From Octopus bimaculoides (lineage: Eukaryota): a stretch of 64,000 nt of DNA. The notes beneath the pieces are model-generated. The model saw nothing but the letters and a program-made list of their open reading frames with translations, searched no databases and was not told the origin of the DNA. Position numbers and translations under genes: made by a program. The stretch covers positions 91,899,713 through 91,963,712 of the forward strand of contig NC_068988.1 of assembly GCF_001194135.2 (NCBI RefSeq), in the 5' to 3' direction. Below are positions 25,491 to 38,650 of the stretch, one piece after another; the first letter of the stretch is position 1; the number at the start of each line of letters is the position of its first letter.

Positions 25491-26231
25491 NNNNNNNNNN
25501 NNNNNNNNNNNNNNNNNNNNNNNNNNNNNNNNNNNNNNNNNNNNNNNNNNNNNNNNNNNNNNNNNNNNNNNNNNNNNNNNNNNNNNNNNNNNNNNNNNNN
25601 NNNNNNNNNNNNNNNNNNNNNNNNNNNNNNNNNNNNNNNNNNNNNNNNNNNNNNNNNNNNNNNNNNNNNNNNNNNNNNNNNNNNNNNNNNNNNNNNNNNN
25701 NNNNNNNNNNNNNNNNNNNNNNNNNNNNNNNNNNNNNNNNNNNNNNNNNNNNNNNNNNNNNNNNNNNNNNNNNNNNNNNNNNNNNNNNNNNNNNNNNNNN
25801 NNNNNNNNNNNNNNNNNNNNNNNNNNNNNNNNNNNNNNNNNNNNNNNNNNNNNNNNNNNNNNNNNNNNNNNNNNNNNNNNNNNNNNNNNNNNNNNNNNNN
25901 NNNNNNNNNNNNNNNNNNNNNNNNNNNNNNNNNNNNNNNNNNNNNNNNNNNNNNNNNNNNNNNNNNNNNNNNNNNNNNNNNNNNNNNNNNNNNNNNNNNN
26001 NNNNNNNNNNNNNNNNNNNNNNNNNNNNNNNNNNNNNNNNNNNNNNNNNNNNNNNNNNNNNNNNNNNNNNNNNNNNNNNNNNNNNNNNNNNNNNNNNNNN
26101 NNNNNNNNNNNNNNNNNNNNNNNNNNNNNNNNNNNNNNNNNNNNNNNNNNNNNNNNNNNNNNNNNNNNNNNNNNNNNNNNNNNNNNNNNNNNNNNNNNNN
26201 NNNNNNNNNNNNNNNNNNNNNNNNNNNNNNN

Positions 26232-26269
<38 letters not shown>

Positions 26270-27369
26270 AATGTAGTAGAAGGAAATATAATTTTTTTTT
26301 TTTTACAAGGTTTCTCAATGATGAAAAGTATTCACAGAATCATTAAAGGAAACAATATGAACGCAACAAAAAAATGATGTGAAAACACTTGAAGAAGCAG
26401 GTGTGTCTTGTAGGGAGACTAGTTTTTTTTTTTCTTCTTTTCTTTTCTTTTTTTTTACAGTAAGCCACCATTCTTCAAATCAGTTATCACCCAGCAAGGG
26501 GAGAAGTATGAGGATGGATGTGAAACTTCAGTGATGGTATGATATGTAGGAGGATGTGTTGGAAACAAGGAGCAAAGATCAGCTATCGGTTATGACATAG
26601 ATGTGGTGGATGGTTTTTTTGGGATTTTTTTTCCTTTTCCTAGATGCATTTTGTTTTTCTTCTTCACATGTATATATTACACCATAAGTAATAAAAGCAA
26701 CATCAACAGCTTGTTAATTAGGCTTTAGGCCAGTGTTGTACAAGGAGGACATTGTCATTATATTACTGGTACTTATTTTAATAGCTCAAAAGGGATGTGA
26801 CCTCGGCGGGATTATAAAGCTTAGGACCAAGACGGACTGAAACTAGATACTGTAAGACATTTAATTTGGTATTCTGCTGTCACAGTCATCACCATCTTCA
26901 AGTGTAATGATAATAATAATAATCTGTAATGACAAATGAACATGAAGACATTAAGAGAATCAAAACAGATGGACACAAGATAGATGAAGGGTACCGGAAG
27001 TACATCCAGGAAACAGAGAACCACAAGAATATGGATGACAGCTGATTAAAAAAGTTGAATGGTTGGGGAGAGAGGGCTTGAAGGGAGTCCTCAGAAGAAA
27101 CAAAAATGATAAATATTACTAACTTACACACAAACATACATATATGTAGACACTGTCCATATTATACTTATATACATAATGCATGCCTGCTTTACACACA
27201 CGTCCCTATATCTAAATGCATACATACAAACATATATACATGTTCAGAAAAAGAGAGAGAGAGGAGGGAGGGAGGGAGAGAGAGAGAGAGAGAGAGAAGA
27301 TTTCTTAGAAACTCAGACGCCCCAATTAATTTCACAGAGATCTTATTGTCTGTGTTAAATCAAATGTCA

Positions 27370-27930
27370 TACAGAGCTATTATTTTAACAAGACTAATAT
27401 CTAACAATATATATATGACTATTGTCATAGTACAACTATTTTATGATATCCAGAACTAGTCTTAACATAGCTGCTCTTTTGATAGTATAATAAATCAATA
27501 ACATAGCCTAATGATCGTCATATGGTATGCTGGACTAATTTCTTAACAGACTACATTCAATAGAATACCAAAACTACTAACAATGATATTATACAAAACT
27601 AATATCTTAACATATTCCCAATATTGTATTATCATACAGAAGTAAATCCTAAATATATAACCACCATATAATGAGGTTATACAGTATTAATATCTTAAAC
27701 AGTACCATCTATTATCATACATAAACAATTTCTTAATAAACACTAGTATAATACACAACTAATGTCTTAACCTTATGATATACAGAACCAATGTCTTAAT
27801 ATAACCATAGTATGATTTGATACCATACAGAACCAATCTTAACAAACCACCACACTATGATATCCATAAAGAACCAGTCATAACCATCAGCTTATGATGT
27901 CTTACAGAACCAGTCATAACTGAAGTCTTA
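27370..27930. repeat. Degenerate array of about 11-12 copies of a ~28-bp core (tatgatatcatacagaactaatgtcttaac) with variable spacers
   Basis: Core instances at ~27442, 27535, 27583, 27630, 27678, 27713, 27748, 27774, 27811, 27856 and 27893. Confidence 0.75.
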
Positions 27931-28015
27931 TGTGACTCAGCTTTAATACAGGATTTTATTATTATTATTGGAATTTTTTTTTTTTTCAGTTTGTTTCCTG
28001 TTTATTTGTGTTTTG

Positions 28016-28080
28016 TTATTCCACAACATGTGGTGTTGGGGTGGGTAAGGGCTGCAATGGTTGAAGTTCATGGTATTGTC
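28016..28080 (-). CDS. Candidate terminal coding exon of tentative gene 2: (G)QYHELQPLQPLPTPTPHVVE*
   Basis: Strong acceptor ctttcattttttcag. Phase-1 reading continues from the microexon at 30725-30742. Frame is not independently proven. Confidence 0.42.
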
Positions 28081-29703
28081 CTGAAAAAATGAAAGTGTGC
28101 TGGGGAAAATAGCAACAACCTTTTCGATAGTGTCGACTACAGCACTGAATAATGTCTTCTGCCAGCCATGAATGCTTTGGTGTTTTAAAATCATATATGG
28201 TATCGCAAGGTTGTCAAGTCGGTCGTTGTTTGGAGAAGTTTCCACAAAATTATGTCATAGTACATTGTTTTATGGACAGTTTACTTTATTCATATTTCTT
28301 TTAAAATAGTTTTTTTTTCCCCATATTGTTTTTTTTTTTTCCATGAAAAGACAAAAAAAAATAATAATCCTTAACCAGCATGCAACCATGCTTTAAAATG
28401 ATGTGGATGATGGTGTTGAAAACGGTCTTCAATTTGTGTCCACTCGACACTGAAAAACCATACTAAGTCTATACCAAGAGGTAACAATATGTATGGCCAA
28501 GTGTAATAAAAGAAATTGAATTTTTTTTTTTTTTTTTTGCATTTTCTTCCTTTATGATTTTTATTTTCTTTTTCATCATTTTTAAAATTTTTATTTATAT
28601 TTTATTTTATTTTTTTTTTTAGAAAATAAACCCCATTAGCAGTTAAAATTGAATGTTTTACACAGCATTGGTGACAGGAGCCTTTTGACAGCAATTGCCA
28701 GGTTTTGTTCAGAAGCTGTGCTCTCACAGCAAGTGTGCAGGTCAGACATAGAAAGTTACATTCATCTGTCAATGCAAGCAAAAGATCCGTTGTAGAAATC
28801 TTTTCACAACCTTTTACCTTTGTTTTCATTCATCTTCTCCCAGTCAATGCTGACCACGCTGAAATATAGAAGGGCCAAAATTATTCGAGTCAATGCGATG
28901 TAGTGAAATATAAAACTGGTGCACTTATTCAATGCACAGCAATAAGTAGTGTGTGCAGCAGCAGACTGCTATGGTACTGTAAGTGCATGTGCCCCAAACT
29001 GTGGAGATGAAACACCCTGAAGCTAGAATGGAAAACAGATACTAACTCATCACAGAGTAAATTCTTTTCACATCATGCATACACACATATACTTATACAG
29101 ATGCATATATGTGCATGTGTATTGAGTGTATATAAATACACACACACTTTCATATATACATGTGTATATATTACATACATGTATATTTATTATGCATACA
29201 TGCATGTATGTATGTATGTATGTGTGTATGTGCACATTTGTTATGTACACATAATGGTATATATATATATTCAGTACATACACACATGCATCTGCACATG
29301 CATGCACACATACACATTGAGAAAGACATAAAATGTAGGATAGCAAAATGAACAGATTCTGAATAGTTCCAACTATTGCTTGGAAATGTCAAATTGAAAA
29401 TGATATAGATGGATGGATAGAGAGAAAGAAAGAGAAAAGGAGAGACAGAAAGAGAGAGGTAGATAGTAAGTGAGACAGAATAAAATGGTGAGAGATGAAG
29501 AGAATTATTTATGGTCAAAACAAAGAAAAGATAATGTTCATGATGATGATGATGATGATGATGAAGATTCTGGCAACAATGACAATGATGATTCAGAGCC
29601 AATAAGAAGCAATGACGAGATTGGAGTTGAAAGATGTGAAAAATATACACGAGTATTAAGTGAAAAGAGAGAAAGATAGAGACAGACAGACAGATAGAGA
29701 GAG

Positions 29704-29757
<54 letters not shown>

Positions 29758-30536
29758 ATGATGGTGGTAGTAGTTGTAGCACAATAACATATCCATGAGA
29801 AAGCATGTGAGAAAATTGAAGGTGATAATTGCTGGTATCTGCCAGTAGTATCTCTGCAATAACAATAGTTACATCATATAATGATTAGAAAGACATCTTG
29901 TAAAATGTGTGAGAATGAAGAGCTTCTGTGGACATTTTTCACTGACAATGAATGTACAAACATTCGCACGCATACAAATGTTGCTTTGACTTCTCATCTC
30001 CAACACCTTGGAGCAAAAACATCAGACCATCACCAACAAAACAGAAATAGAAATAACAAAAGACTTGTGGAAATATTCCATGTTTGAAAACAAAAGTGGA
30101 GGAGGTGGCTGCCAGTAAACTAAACTGGACACATTTGTCACACTGTTTATAAATCTGTTTCCATTTAAAAAAGACTTTTAGACCTGAAGGGAGATGTTGA
30201 AATCCCCCATTTCACTAAATACATCAAACTGGATGTAGCAATTGGTAGGAAAGGCTGGTTTGTAAGGAGGGTGAGCAAGAAGGGAGGAAGCTGCCATTTA
30301 TAAGATTTTCTATGCAAGTTGTACACACACACACACACACACACACACAGATATAAATATACATACGTGTATTACATACACAGAATTATGAACATAAATC
30401 AGGGAGAATTGAAATTAAAAGAAACAAAAATCAATAACAGTGGAAAGGTCATCACATTCAAGCAATCCAAGGGTGACAGGGATCAGGGCAATGGTAAGTA
30501 GCATTGATGAGAATGAGCAGTAGTAGTAGCGGTAGC

Positions 30537-30569
<33 letters not shown>

Positions 30570-30724
30570 GGTGGTGGTAGTGATAAGTAGTGGTGGTAGT
30601 GATAAGTAGTGGTGGTAGTAATAGCAGTGGTGGTGTTGTTTGTAGTAATAGTAGTAGTAGTAGTGGTAGGTGATAGCAGTGGCACTGGTCAGTGGCTGGG
30701 TGATGAGGTGAAGGGAGGGCTTAC

Positions 30725-30742
30725 CGTTTGAAAAACTTATGG
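30725..30742 (-). CDS. Candidate 18-nt microexon of gene 2 (xISFSN-G)
   Basis: tttttcatttgtcatag|CCATAAGTTTTTCAAACG|gtaagc; length is a multiple of 3. Confidence 0.35.
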
Positions 30743-30936
30743 CTATGACAAATGAAAAAAGATATATATATATATATGTTGTTGTACTTGGGGATGGTCA
30801 TATTGCCAGTTTAGCCAATATATATATATAATGGATCATGGAAAATAAGATGGTAAAAACATCGAAGTGAACTACAACAATAGTTGAAAACCTTCACTGC
30901 ACATTGGCGACAAGGTTCTCTCCCTATATTATATAT

Positions 30937-30979
<43 letters not shown>

Positions 30980-31312
30980 GTGAATGTGGTACTTTAGTTT
31001 AGGCACCAGAATTAAGTATGGTATTTGGATTTATATATATGTATATATATAGACACACACAGAGGTGAGCATGTACATGCACACATACAAATTTATACAT
31101 ACATGCATATGTATGTATCTCTGTATCTATACTGGGGTAGTGTACTGACTAAATGATATGCCATGCTTGTTAGCCTATGGCATGGCATAACATGCATATA
31201 CATACATACATACATGTATGTGTATGGATGAATGCAACTTCTCAGGAGATTTTAAAAAAACAATCAGCAGCAGTGAAAAAGACTGTGTGTGTGTGTCAAT
31301 GTATGTGTCTAC

Positions 31313-31414
<102 letters not shown>

Positions 31415-31428
31415 GCATTACAATTTAC

Positions 31429-31470
31429 AGGTTGTTGCTTGGCTGTGGATAGCAGGTTTTGAGTTCTTTT
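31429..31470 (-). CDS. Candidate 42-nt exon of gene 2 (KNSKPAIHSQATT in phase 1)
   Basis: Very strong acceptor catttttgtccctcctttttctacctttag, donor gtaaat. All three frames are open. Confidence 0.42.
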
Positions 31471-31551
31471 CTAAAGGTAGAAAAAGGAGGGACAAAAATG
31501 TAGCATACAACCTGGTGAGGTGTACAAAATCATTTTGAGGTCAGCTGTTAC

Positions 31552-31688
31552 TCGCTTCTGCAATGTCAACTACCAGTCTTCTTGAACACCTTTTCCGCTG
31601 TAAGCTGCTTTTCCAATATCTAGAAAGTTCTGTGATAGGGCCTGTTAAATCAGTCCTCGCCAAATAAACTATGATCCAACCAGAAATT
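31552..31688 (-). CDS. Candidate exon of gene 2 (ISGWIIVYLARTDLTGPITELSRYWKSSLQRKRCSRRLVVDIAEA)
   Basis: 45 open codons. Completes a 22-residue hydrophobic helix begun in exon 35111-35222 and is followed by basic residues. Acceptor (aag) and donor (gtaaca) are weak. Confidence 0.33.
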
Positions 31689-31841
31689 CTTTAAACTTTA
31701 AATAAGAAAAGTAGAGCATATACCTCCACTCTTCATATTATTGCTATGATACACTCCATCCAATACACAAGACTGACTATTCCCAAAGTTTATACAAGAA
31801 GCCCCAATATGTCCAAATAAAATTTATTGCTTCAGAGACAA

Positions 31842-32034
31842 AACCTTTAGCATTTAAGCCAGTAATATCCTGCCTAAATATTCTACCTGCTTTATGTTTG
31901 AACCAACTAAATCCAACTCATAACGCCTACCTTATAATGTTGTTCTAAAAACAAACATCACATCATTGAAATCTCAAAGCTACAAGATAATGTACAGTTA
32001 ATTTGATAGAATAATCTAAATGGTTAAAGGGTTG
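31842..32034. mobile_element. piggyBac-like MITE; second copy at 37338-37540
   Basis: Termini resemble ttaa|ccctttagcatt ... aatgctaaaggg|ttaa. The two copies share internal sequence (aaatattctacctg...aaatctcaaagcta). Confidence 0.55.
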
Positions 32035-32494
32035 AATGTAGAACACTTTCTAGAATTTTTTTCTATCTTTTTCTCTGCTACCAAATTCCGTCTTTTACAA
32101 CACACACATACATGTAAATTGCCTTAACACCAACTTCAGCCACAGACATTCAATGAGCCTAGAGGGTGTGTGAAAGCTATGAGCACAGACTATCTGTTAG
32201 ATCAACCATTATAAAAATATCAAAAACTTAAAGTACTAGCAAATTTTAAGCCCACACACTTAATTGCTATGACTTGAGCTAAACCAGGACTACCTGATCT
32301 CTACATCCTATTTAGATTTGTTTCTCTCTTTCAATGAGGTGTTATATTACTTGAAATTTGCATGATTAAAACCAGCAAGAAACACTTTTAAAAACTGCAA
32401 CGTACACTACTTTTGTATTATTTATTTATTTATTTATTTGTAAGAAGATAAACTGTTGGAAGTCATTTTAAACATTATGAAACAATATTATTAC

Positions 32495-32805
32495 TGGTGC
32501 TATGTTGGTTATGACGAGGGTTCCAGTTGATCTGATCAACAGAACAGCCTGCTTGTGAAATTAACATGCATGTGGCTGAGTACTTCACAGACACATGTAC
32601 CCTTAATATACTTCTGAGAGAGATTCAGCATGACACAGAATATTATAAGGCTGGCCCTTTGAAATACAGGTACTACTCATTTTTGCCAGCTGAGTAAAGT
32701 GAAATAAAGTATCTTGCTCAAGGACACAACAAATCACTGGGAATTGAATTCACAACCTTAGAATTGTGAGCTGAATACTCTAACCACTAAGCCATGCACC
32801 TTCAC
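32495..32805 (-). mobile_element. tRNA-headed CORE-like SINE carrying the family B 3' tail, CpG-decayed
   Basis: Head gaaggtgcatggcttagtggttagag, CORE-like gtgtccttgagcaagatacttt, tail gttctgttgatcagatcaactggaaccctc. Confidence 0.8.
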
Positions 32806-33497
32806 AAAACAAATATCATTAACCAATCATAATCTCAAGAGACAAAATACTTAACTCTTTTGATATCAACCTACTTGAGACTGTACCTGTTTTTATGATT
32901 TAAACTTACTGTTTTAAAGTAATCTAAATTAAAAGTTTTATGTTAAATTGCACTCCTGCCCCTGCATAATCAAGACAACGTTATTTAAATAAATTCTTTG
33001 TTATTTACAAAATCACTTAAAAGAAAGACAGTGTATCCCAAAAGAAATAGGGAAACAAAAGCGTTACGATATTTACCAGAGAAACAAAAAGCACAAAAAT
33101 GGTATTTCTTCCTACTCACAACATCATAGGAAATAACAGTCTTTTGTTCACACACACACACATACACACAATGTCCACAATGTCATGGAACCTAATATTC
33201 CTTCCTATTCTACACCATAGAACATAGCAAACTTCCCCCACATCACACCACAAAGCCTAACATAAAGCACTGTAAACAGTTTAACGACATGTGTAGGTGC
33301 TACAGCTGTTAGACATCAATAAATATCGTACAGATAGATCATGCACCAGAAACCAGACAAAATAATATATCCAACCTCACTCCTTCCTAATTAAGCTAAA
33401 ATGTTCTGATAATATAATACACAAACACCACAGACACACACATCATACAACAAATATGGCTCCATACAATGACTATACTAATCAATAATACAATCAA

Positions 33498-33534
<37 letters not shown>

Positions 33535-33841
33535 CCAACATTGTGAACATCAACAGGTCTGGTACTGTTCTAGATAAGATCATATCAATATTAAAAGGAA
33601 ACAAAAGTATCACTAAAAGAAGAATTTGTCTTTGTGACAAAACATCCAACAAAACATTTATTTAACAAACTCGGCTTCCATCACAGAACTCTTTCAACTA
33701 CATGGCTATATTGAATTAGTAGATTCTTTCAACATGGAAAATTGCTTTGATATGCAAAACTTAGAGACTATTACAGAATAAATTTCATCTCTGTCCCAAC
33801 TCAGAAATTATCCTGATTCCACTCTTATCATAACACAAGGG

Positions 33842-33877
<36 letters not shown>

Positions 33878-35110
33878 TCGCTTTGTAAACATAACGTGTG
33901 TGTGTGTGAGAGGTCAGATCACTGCTGACCAGAGACCTACTGCAAGTAATAAGCTAGTACAGGCCATAAGCATCTGAAGTCAAGCTGGCAACCTCAAAAG
34001 GTGAATGTACTCAAGAAAGTCAATGGCCATCCTATATTGTATGCAAAGCTACCTTTGTGTGCATGTGCATCTACATGTATAAGTAAATCCACCTAGGAGA
34101 ACATGCTCACTTGGAAACTATTGTTTATGGCTGTTCATTATGCTTTTTATTACCTGTTGCCAGTTTTAACAGCTTCAATTACTGAGAGAGTGGCACCCAT
34201 GTTGCACAAGTATCTGTCACTATAAAATCCTGTGTTCAAGCACATCTTGTCTTATCATTTCTTGCTCTGCAAACAAATGGCAAGACAAGGGTCCTTCAAA
34301 ACAAAACATGACAAAAGATCGTTTTGGTTGTAGTGCTTGGGGTGTCACATGCATCAGTGGCAATGAAACACTACAATTTCTTTCCTTGTATGGAGATGGA
34401 AGGGATAAGATAAGTGGCAGAAGTTGCAATTGGTGATTCACCAGTCACTCTTGTGGTTGTATTCTTTATTGGAGAGATGTTGATACCTAGAAGCCTTATT
34501 CTTGCTATACTTTTGTGTCTTCATCATCATGGGGACCCACAAGTGGAAGGTAATTTTAGTGCAAAAGCTAGTCACTCAATAACAAGTCAGCAACCCCTTT
34601 CCATATATCAAGCCTTTTGAGTAGATATGGTAGATGGAAACTGCAAGAAGCCTATCGCATATGTGTGTGTGTGTCTGCTTGTCCCGAACCACCACCTGAA
34701 AACCAGTGTCTGTGTGTTTACATCCCTGTTACCCAGCGGTTCAGCAAAAATAGACCTATAGAATAATTACTAGGCTTAAAAAAGAAATAAATACTGGGGT
34801 TGATTTGTTTCACTAAAATTCTTCAAGGTGTTGCCCCAGCATGGCTGCAGTCTAATGACTGAAACAAGTAAAAGGCAAAAGATAAAGTTATTACTGTGTG
34901 TCTTCATCATCATCATCATCATCATTTAATACTCACTTTTCATACTGGCATGGGTTGGACAGTTTGACATGGAGCTGTTCAGATTCCAATTGTTTGTTGT
35001 GGAATGTTTTCTATGGCTGAATGCCCTTCCTAATGCCAACCACTTGAGTGTGCTACCAGAGAGGGCATCTGGTTATAAAACACTGCCTTAAAAAGTCCCA
35101 ACCAACTTAC

Positions 35111-35222
35111 GTCAACAAGGAAAGACATGTAAAAATGAATATGATGTATGTCTTTATGTCAACATCATTGTTTAGTATCCACTTAAGATCGGATTTGTTG
35201 AGAAGATTTTCTACATTCATTT
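35111..35222 (-). CDS. Candidate exon of gene 2 (EMNVENLLNKSDLKWILNNDVDIKTYIIFIFTCLSLLT), start of a putative TM helix
   Basis: Acceptor ttttcttttccaatcttctgtag, consensus donor gtaagt. Only one of three frames is open across 112 nt. Confidence 0.48.
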
Positions 35223-36299
35223 CTACAGAAGATTGGAAAAGAAAAACCTAATCTATATGACTTTCTGTGGGCAAAAATGGTGGATTCATGTTTACTTCCC
35301 TTACAAACTACATGTCTTGTGATAACTAGTTGGGGAGGGGACTACTTTGCTTGAATGACAGTTAAGTGCTGGTGACAGGAAGAGCATCAGATCATAAAAT
35401 ACTGCCTCAAAATTTTTTTAAACAACTCCAGATAAGCAAGGAATAGTAGACATAAAATGTGTGTGTATGCATGCATATATATAATACTCATTTTCTCCTA
35501 TGGTTCAATGGCCAAATGAATATTAACACTGAGCAGTTTCCATTTACACTCACAAGGCTTGATCTCAAATTAAGACAGTGGAAGAAGATACATGTCTAAC
35601 AAACAGAAACAATGGCCTACATCATCATTATCATTCTTTTCCTTGTTTTCTATTTTCAATGTTTGCATAGACTAGATGATTTCCTCCAGCACAGCATCTT
35701 AACAGGTCTATACATGTGTATATGTGTGCAAGAACGCACACACACACACACTTGTGTGTAAAGTAGAACCCTCCTTTATAAAAAGTATGTTGCAACTCTT
35801 AGTTTCATGCTAAATAGAAATAAATAATTAAGCAATTATTCAACTGACAACTTGCAATATTCAAAATTCTAAATTGTCGGTATCAGCTTACTTATTCATT
35901 TTCATAAAATGTGGAATTTAGAAGAGTGAGAATGTATTTTTTTGTAACAGACTGATTTATATTTTACTGTAATATATGCATTGAATACCACATTTTTGTT
36001 GATGTCATTAAATACATTATGCATTTTAAAAGTTCCCCAAACAGTAACATAACTCAGCTAACAAATGGGACCAGATGAGTTTCTTAATGGACATCTTGTG
36101 CATCCCTCTCTCCTTCCCTTCCTGTTCTTAATTGTAACCTTCCTTCTTCATTAATTAAACTGCCTTAATTCTATTCTCACTCCCTGCAACTGCCATGACT
36201 TAGAAATTCCAGGATAGCTATCAACCACACAAGCAACCAATAGGCAGCTTAAACTGGATATGCCCAAACAACTGAACAGAAGTACCATTTATACTATAC

Positions 36300-36346
36300 C
36301 ATTTTTAGAACAATGCAGAACAGCTATCTTTCCATATTGACATTTT
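36300..36346 (-). CDS. Candidate exon of gene 2 (KCQYGKIAVLHCSKN)
   Basis: T-rich upstream intron, tttag acceptor, G|gtatag donor. Phase-compatible with 35222. Confidence 0.3.
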
Positions 36347-37118
36347 CTAAACTATATATAACAATATAAAGATAATACTAAAAATTAAAAAAGCAAAATA
36401 TTAAATAAAAGTTTTCTTTATCATTTAAATGTTAAAGAGACATCTGACCCACCTTGTAAATGTACGTGTGTAATGTGTTTGTGTCTGTGTGTGTGTGTGT
36501 ATGCATGTTGTTTTGCATATAACCTCCTAGATTTATGGCGTCTTGAATCTTGTCCTACAAGGTTTTCTCCTATTAATTCAACACTTCTGAATTGCTTTCT
36601 ATGATAACCGTATGGCTCTCCATGCCAATACCACTGCACTCACACTTTGTTCATTATCAGACGGTACATACACTCAATTCTTTAGTAACAGTAACTACAG
36701 CTAGATAACATGTAATCCCACCCCTGCACTGCAGCCACTTCACACCCCTACATATCATTAATGTCACTATGAAACATACATGAAAACTTTCATGCCATTT
36801 ACACACCTTGTATAGAGTGTTGGCTATATACAAGATAGCACAGACAATCAAATACCCTAACACTGAAATGATATTATTATGAAAGAGAATTCTAATGAAG
36901 TGAACAACAACGGGGCACTAGTTAATAAACAAGAACACTGGCCTGTCTTTATATATGCTTCAGGTTTAGCCAGATGTAGAGAAGGAGTGTTGAACTGACC
37001 AAGTTTCTATAAACCAACTGCATGGAATGTTGTGTATATCAGGTAAAGTAAGACACAGGTGAGAGATGAGTGAAGCTGTAATACTGCCTGGCTGTCAGCA
37101 TCAAGACACCCTACATAC

Positions 37119-37140
37119 TGGCAGTTTTGAAGAGAATTGT
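37119..37140 (-). CDS. Candidate 22-nt exon of gene 2 (DNSLQNC-Q)
   Basis: ttcaattctaacag|...|gtatgt; phase-compatible with 36346. Confidence 0.22.
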
Positions 37141-37794
37141 CTGTTAGAATTGAAATAAATCTACTAGAAATTTCTGTAAAGCTGTTTTCATGCATGAAAT
37201 AAATGTAACACTTATGACAGTGATAATGGTAGGGTACTAACTCAGGATTTGTTATTTAATAAAGAATAGTATTTCATTAATAGTCAACTAAAGTGAAGTG
37301 TAAAAACAGCATGTAATAATTTAACCAATACCTTTACCAATTTAGCATTTAAACCAGCTATATCCCAACCTAAATATTCTACCTGTTTCATGTTCAAACT
37401 GACCAGATCTTACCTCTCATATCATCAACAGTAACATCATCAAAATCTCAAAGCTATGAGGACATGCATAGCTAATTCAAAACAATACAAATAAATAAGC
37501 ATTACATTTGACAGCGTAATCTGAATGCTAAAGAGTTAAATACATCTGTTTCAGTACATATAACATGAAACCTAGCTAGGTGAACATGTGACCTGACACA
37601 GCTGTAATATATAAGAAGATTCTGTGTCTGGGGCAACATCACAGTGAAATGGCAAGGTGATGAGAAATACTAAGACACACCAAAACAGTGAGTTTAATGG
37701 CGCATCAAAAATGAAAATGCTATGATTGTCAGAGATTCATGATGAAATGTAAAAAAAATTCACCTATTATTTGACTTGAACCAACATGATAAAT

Positions 37795-37970
37795 ATAGGC
37801 ACAAAGTCTGAAAATGAGTGAGAGGGCACTAGTTGATTACATCGACCCTAGTGCTCAATTGGTATGAGAGGCAATGTTAACTCTGGTAGTATTTGAACTT
37901 AGAATCTAAAGCCAGAAGAAATGCCACTAAACATTTTGTCTGGTGTGCTAATAATTCTGCCAGCTTGCTG
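37795..37970 (-). mobile_element. Degenerate, CpG-depleted SINE family A copy
   Basis: gattacatcgaccctagtgctcaattggta...tttgaactta...aattctgccagctt. Confidence 0.65.
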
Positions 37971-38619
37971 CTTTAATCAGCTTAATAAATATATAAAAGG
38001 AATATACAGCTACATAGTGTCTTTCAAATGTGGTGTGAAGTTATCCGAGCAGTTTGTGGGGAGAACTGGCAATTCAATGTTCACACAGGTCATAAACATC
38101 ATGACATTTCCTATGAGCTCTTAGTTTTAACACCTTGCTTTCAAACTAGAGCTCACAATTACAATAATTTAACAAGAAAAATATATAAGTCTAAATAATC
38201 AAACCCATGTGATATATATATATACATATGAACAGAAAAACTATTTATTGTTAAATTTACATTAAATAAGTTTCGTATATAGACAGGATTCAAGACAAAA
38301 CTATAGTACTGTGAAGAGTGGGAGACGGACAGCCTTTAAACAATATAACTCCACCCCTATAATAAAGAAATGGAACTGAGAAAGTAAAAAAATACAACTA
38401 ATGGCCAACCTACAGGTAGATTATTATTAAACTAATGAGAATTAGTGAAAATCTGGAAGAGAATGCTTAAGGAGATAAAAAAAAATTTTAATGACAAAAG
38501 AAATTTTGGAAAAAATGAAATCATATTCATAATATAAATGTAAAATTTCTTTTAAAATGTTCAATAATTTATTGGCACTGATCAAACTGTTATTCTAGGA
38601 AAATATACCAAATTTCCAC

Positions 38620-38650
<31 letters not shown>

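Noticed and set aside
27370-27930. CRISPR-like repeat-spacer appearance
   Set aside because: Eukaryotic context, degenerate repeats, irregular spacer lengths and no cas genes. Retained only as a degenerate array.
28915-28995. Possible miRNA hairpin (gcacttatt...aataagt...gtaagtgc)
   Set aside because: Only short 7-8-bp stems and no recognised mature miRNA sequence.
31429-31470. Resemblance of KNSKPAIH to the CaMKII hub motif KNSKPIHT
   Set aside because: Flanking exons show no CaMKII sequence; short chance match.
34154-34213. Candidate exon YLCNMGATLSVIEAVKTGN(R) with a strong gtaata donor
   Set aside because: Acceptor lacks a pyrimidine tract, and the strong upstream acceptor gives stops in all frames. 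Inclusion would split the putative TM helix. Worth rechecking if RNA data exist.
36421-36863. ORFs 36421-36639 and 36657-36863 with protein-like stretches
   Set aside because: No usable splice sites in frame and no recognisable motif.
37007-37140. Read-through ORF ending in a GPI-signal-like hydrophobic tail (…SSLTCVLLYLIYTTFHAVGL*)
   Set aside because: No upstream domain could be linked; hydrophobic bias is expected from T-rich intron sequence.
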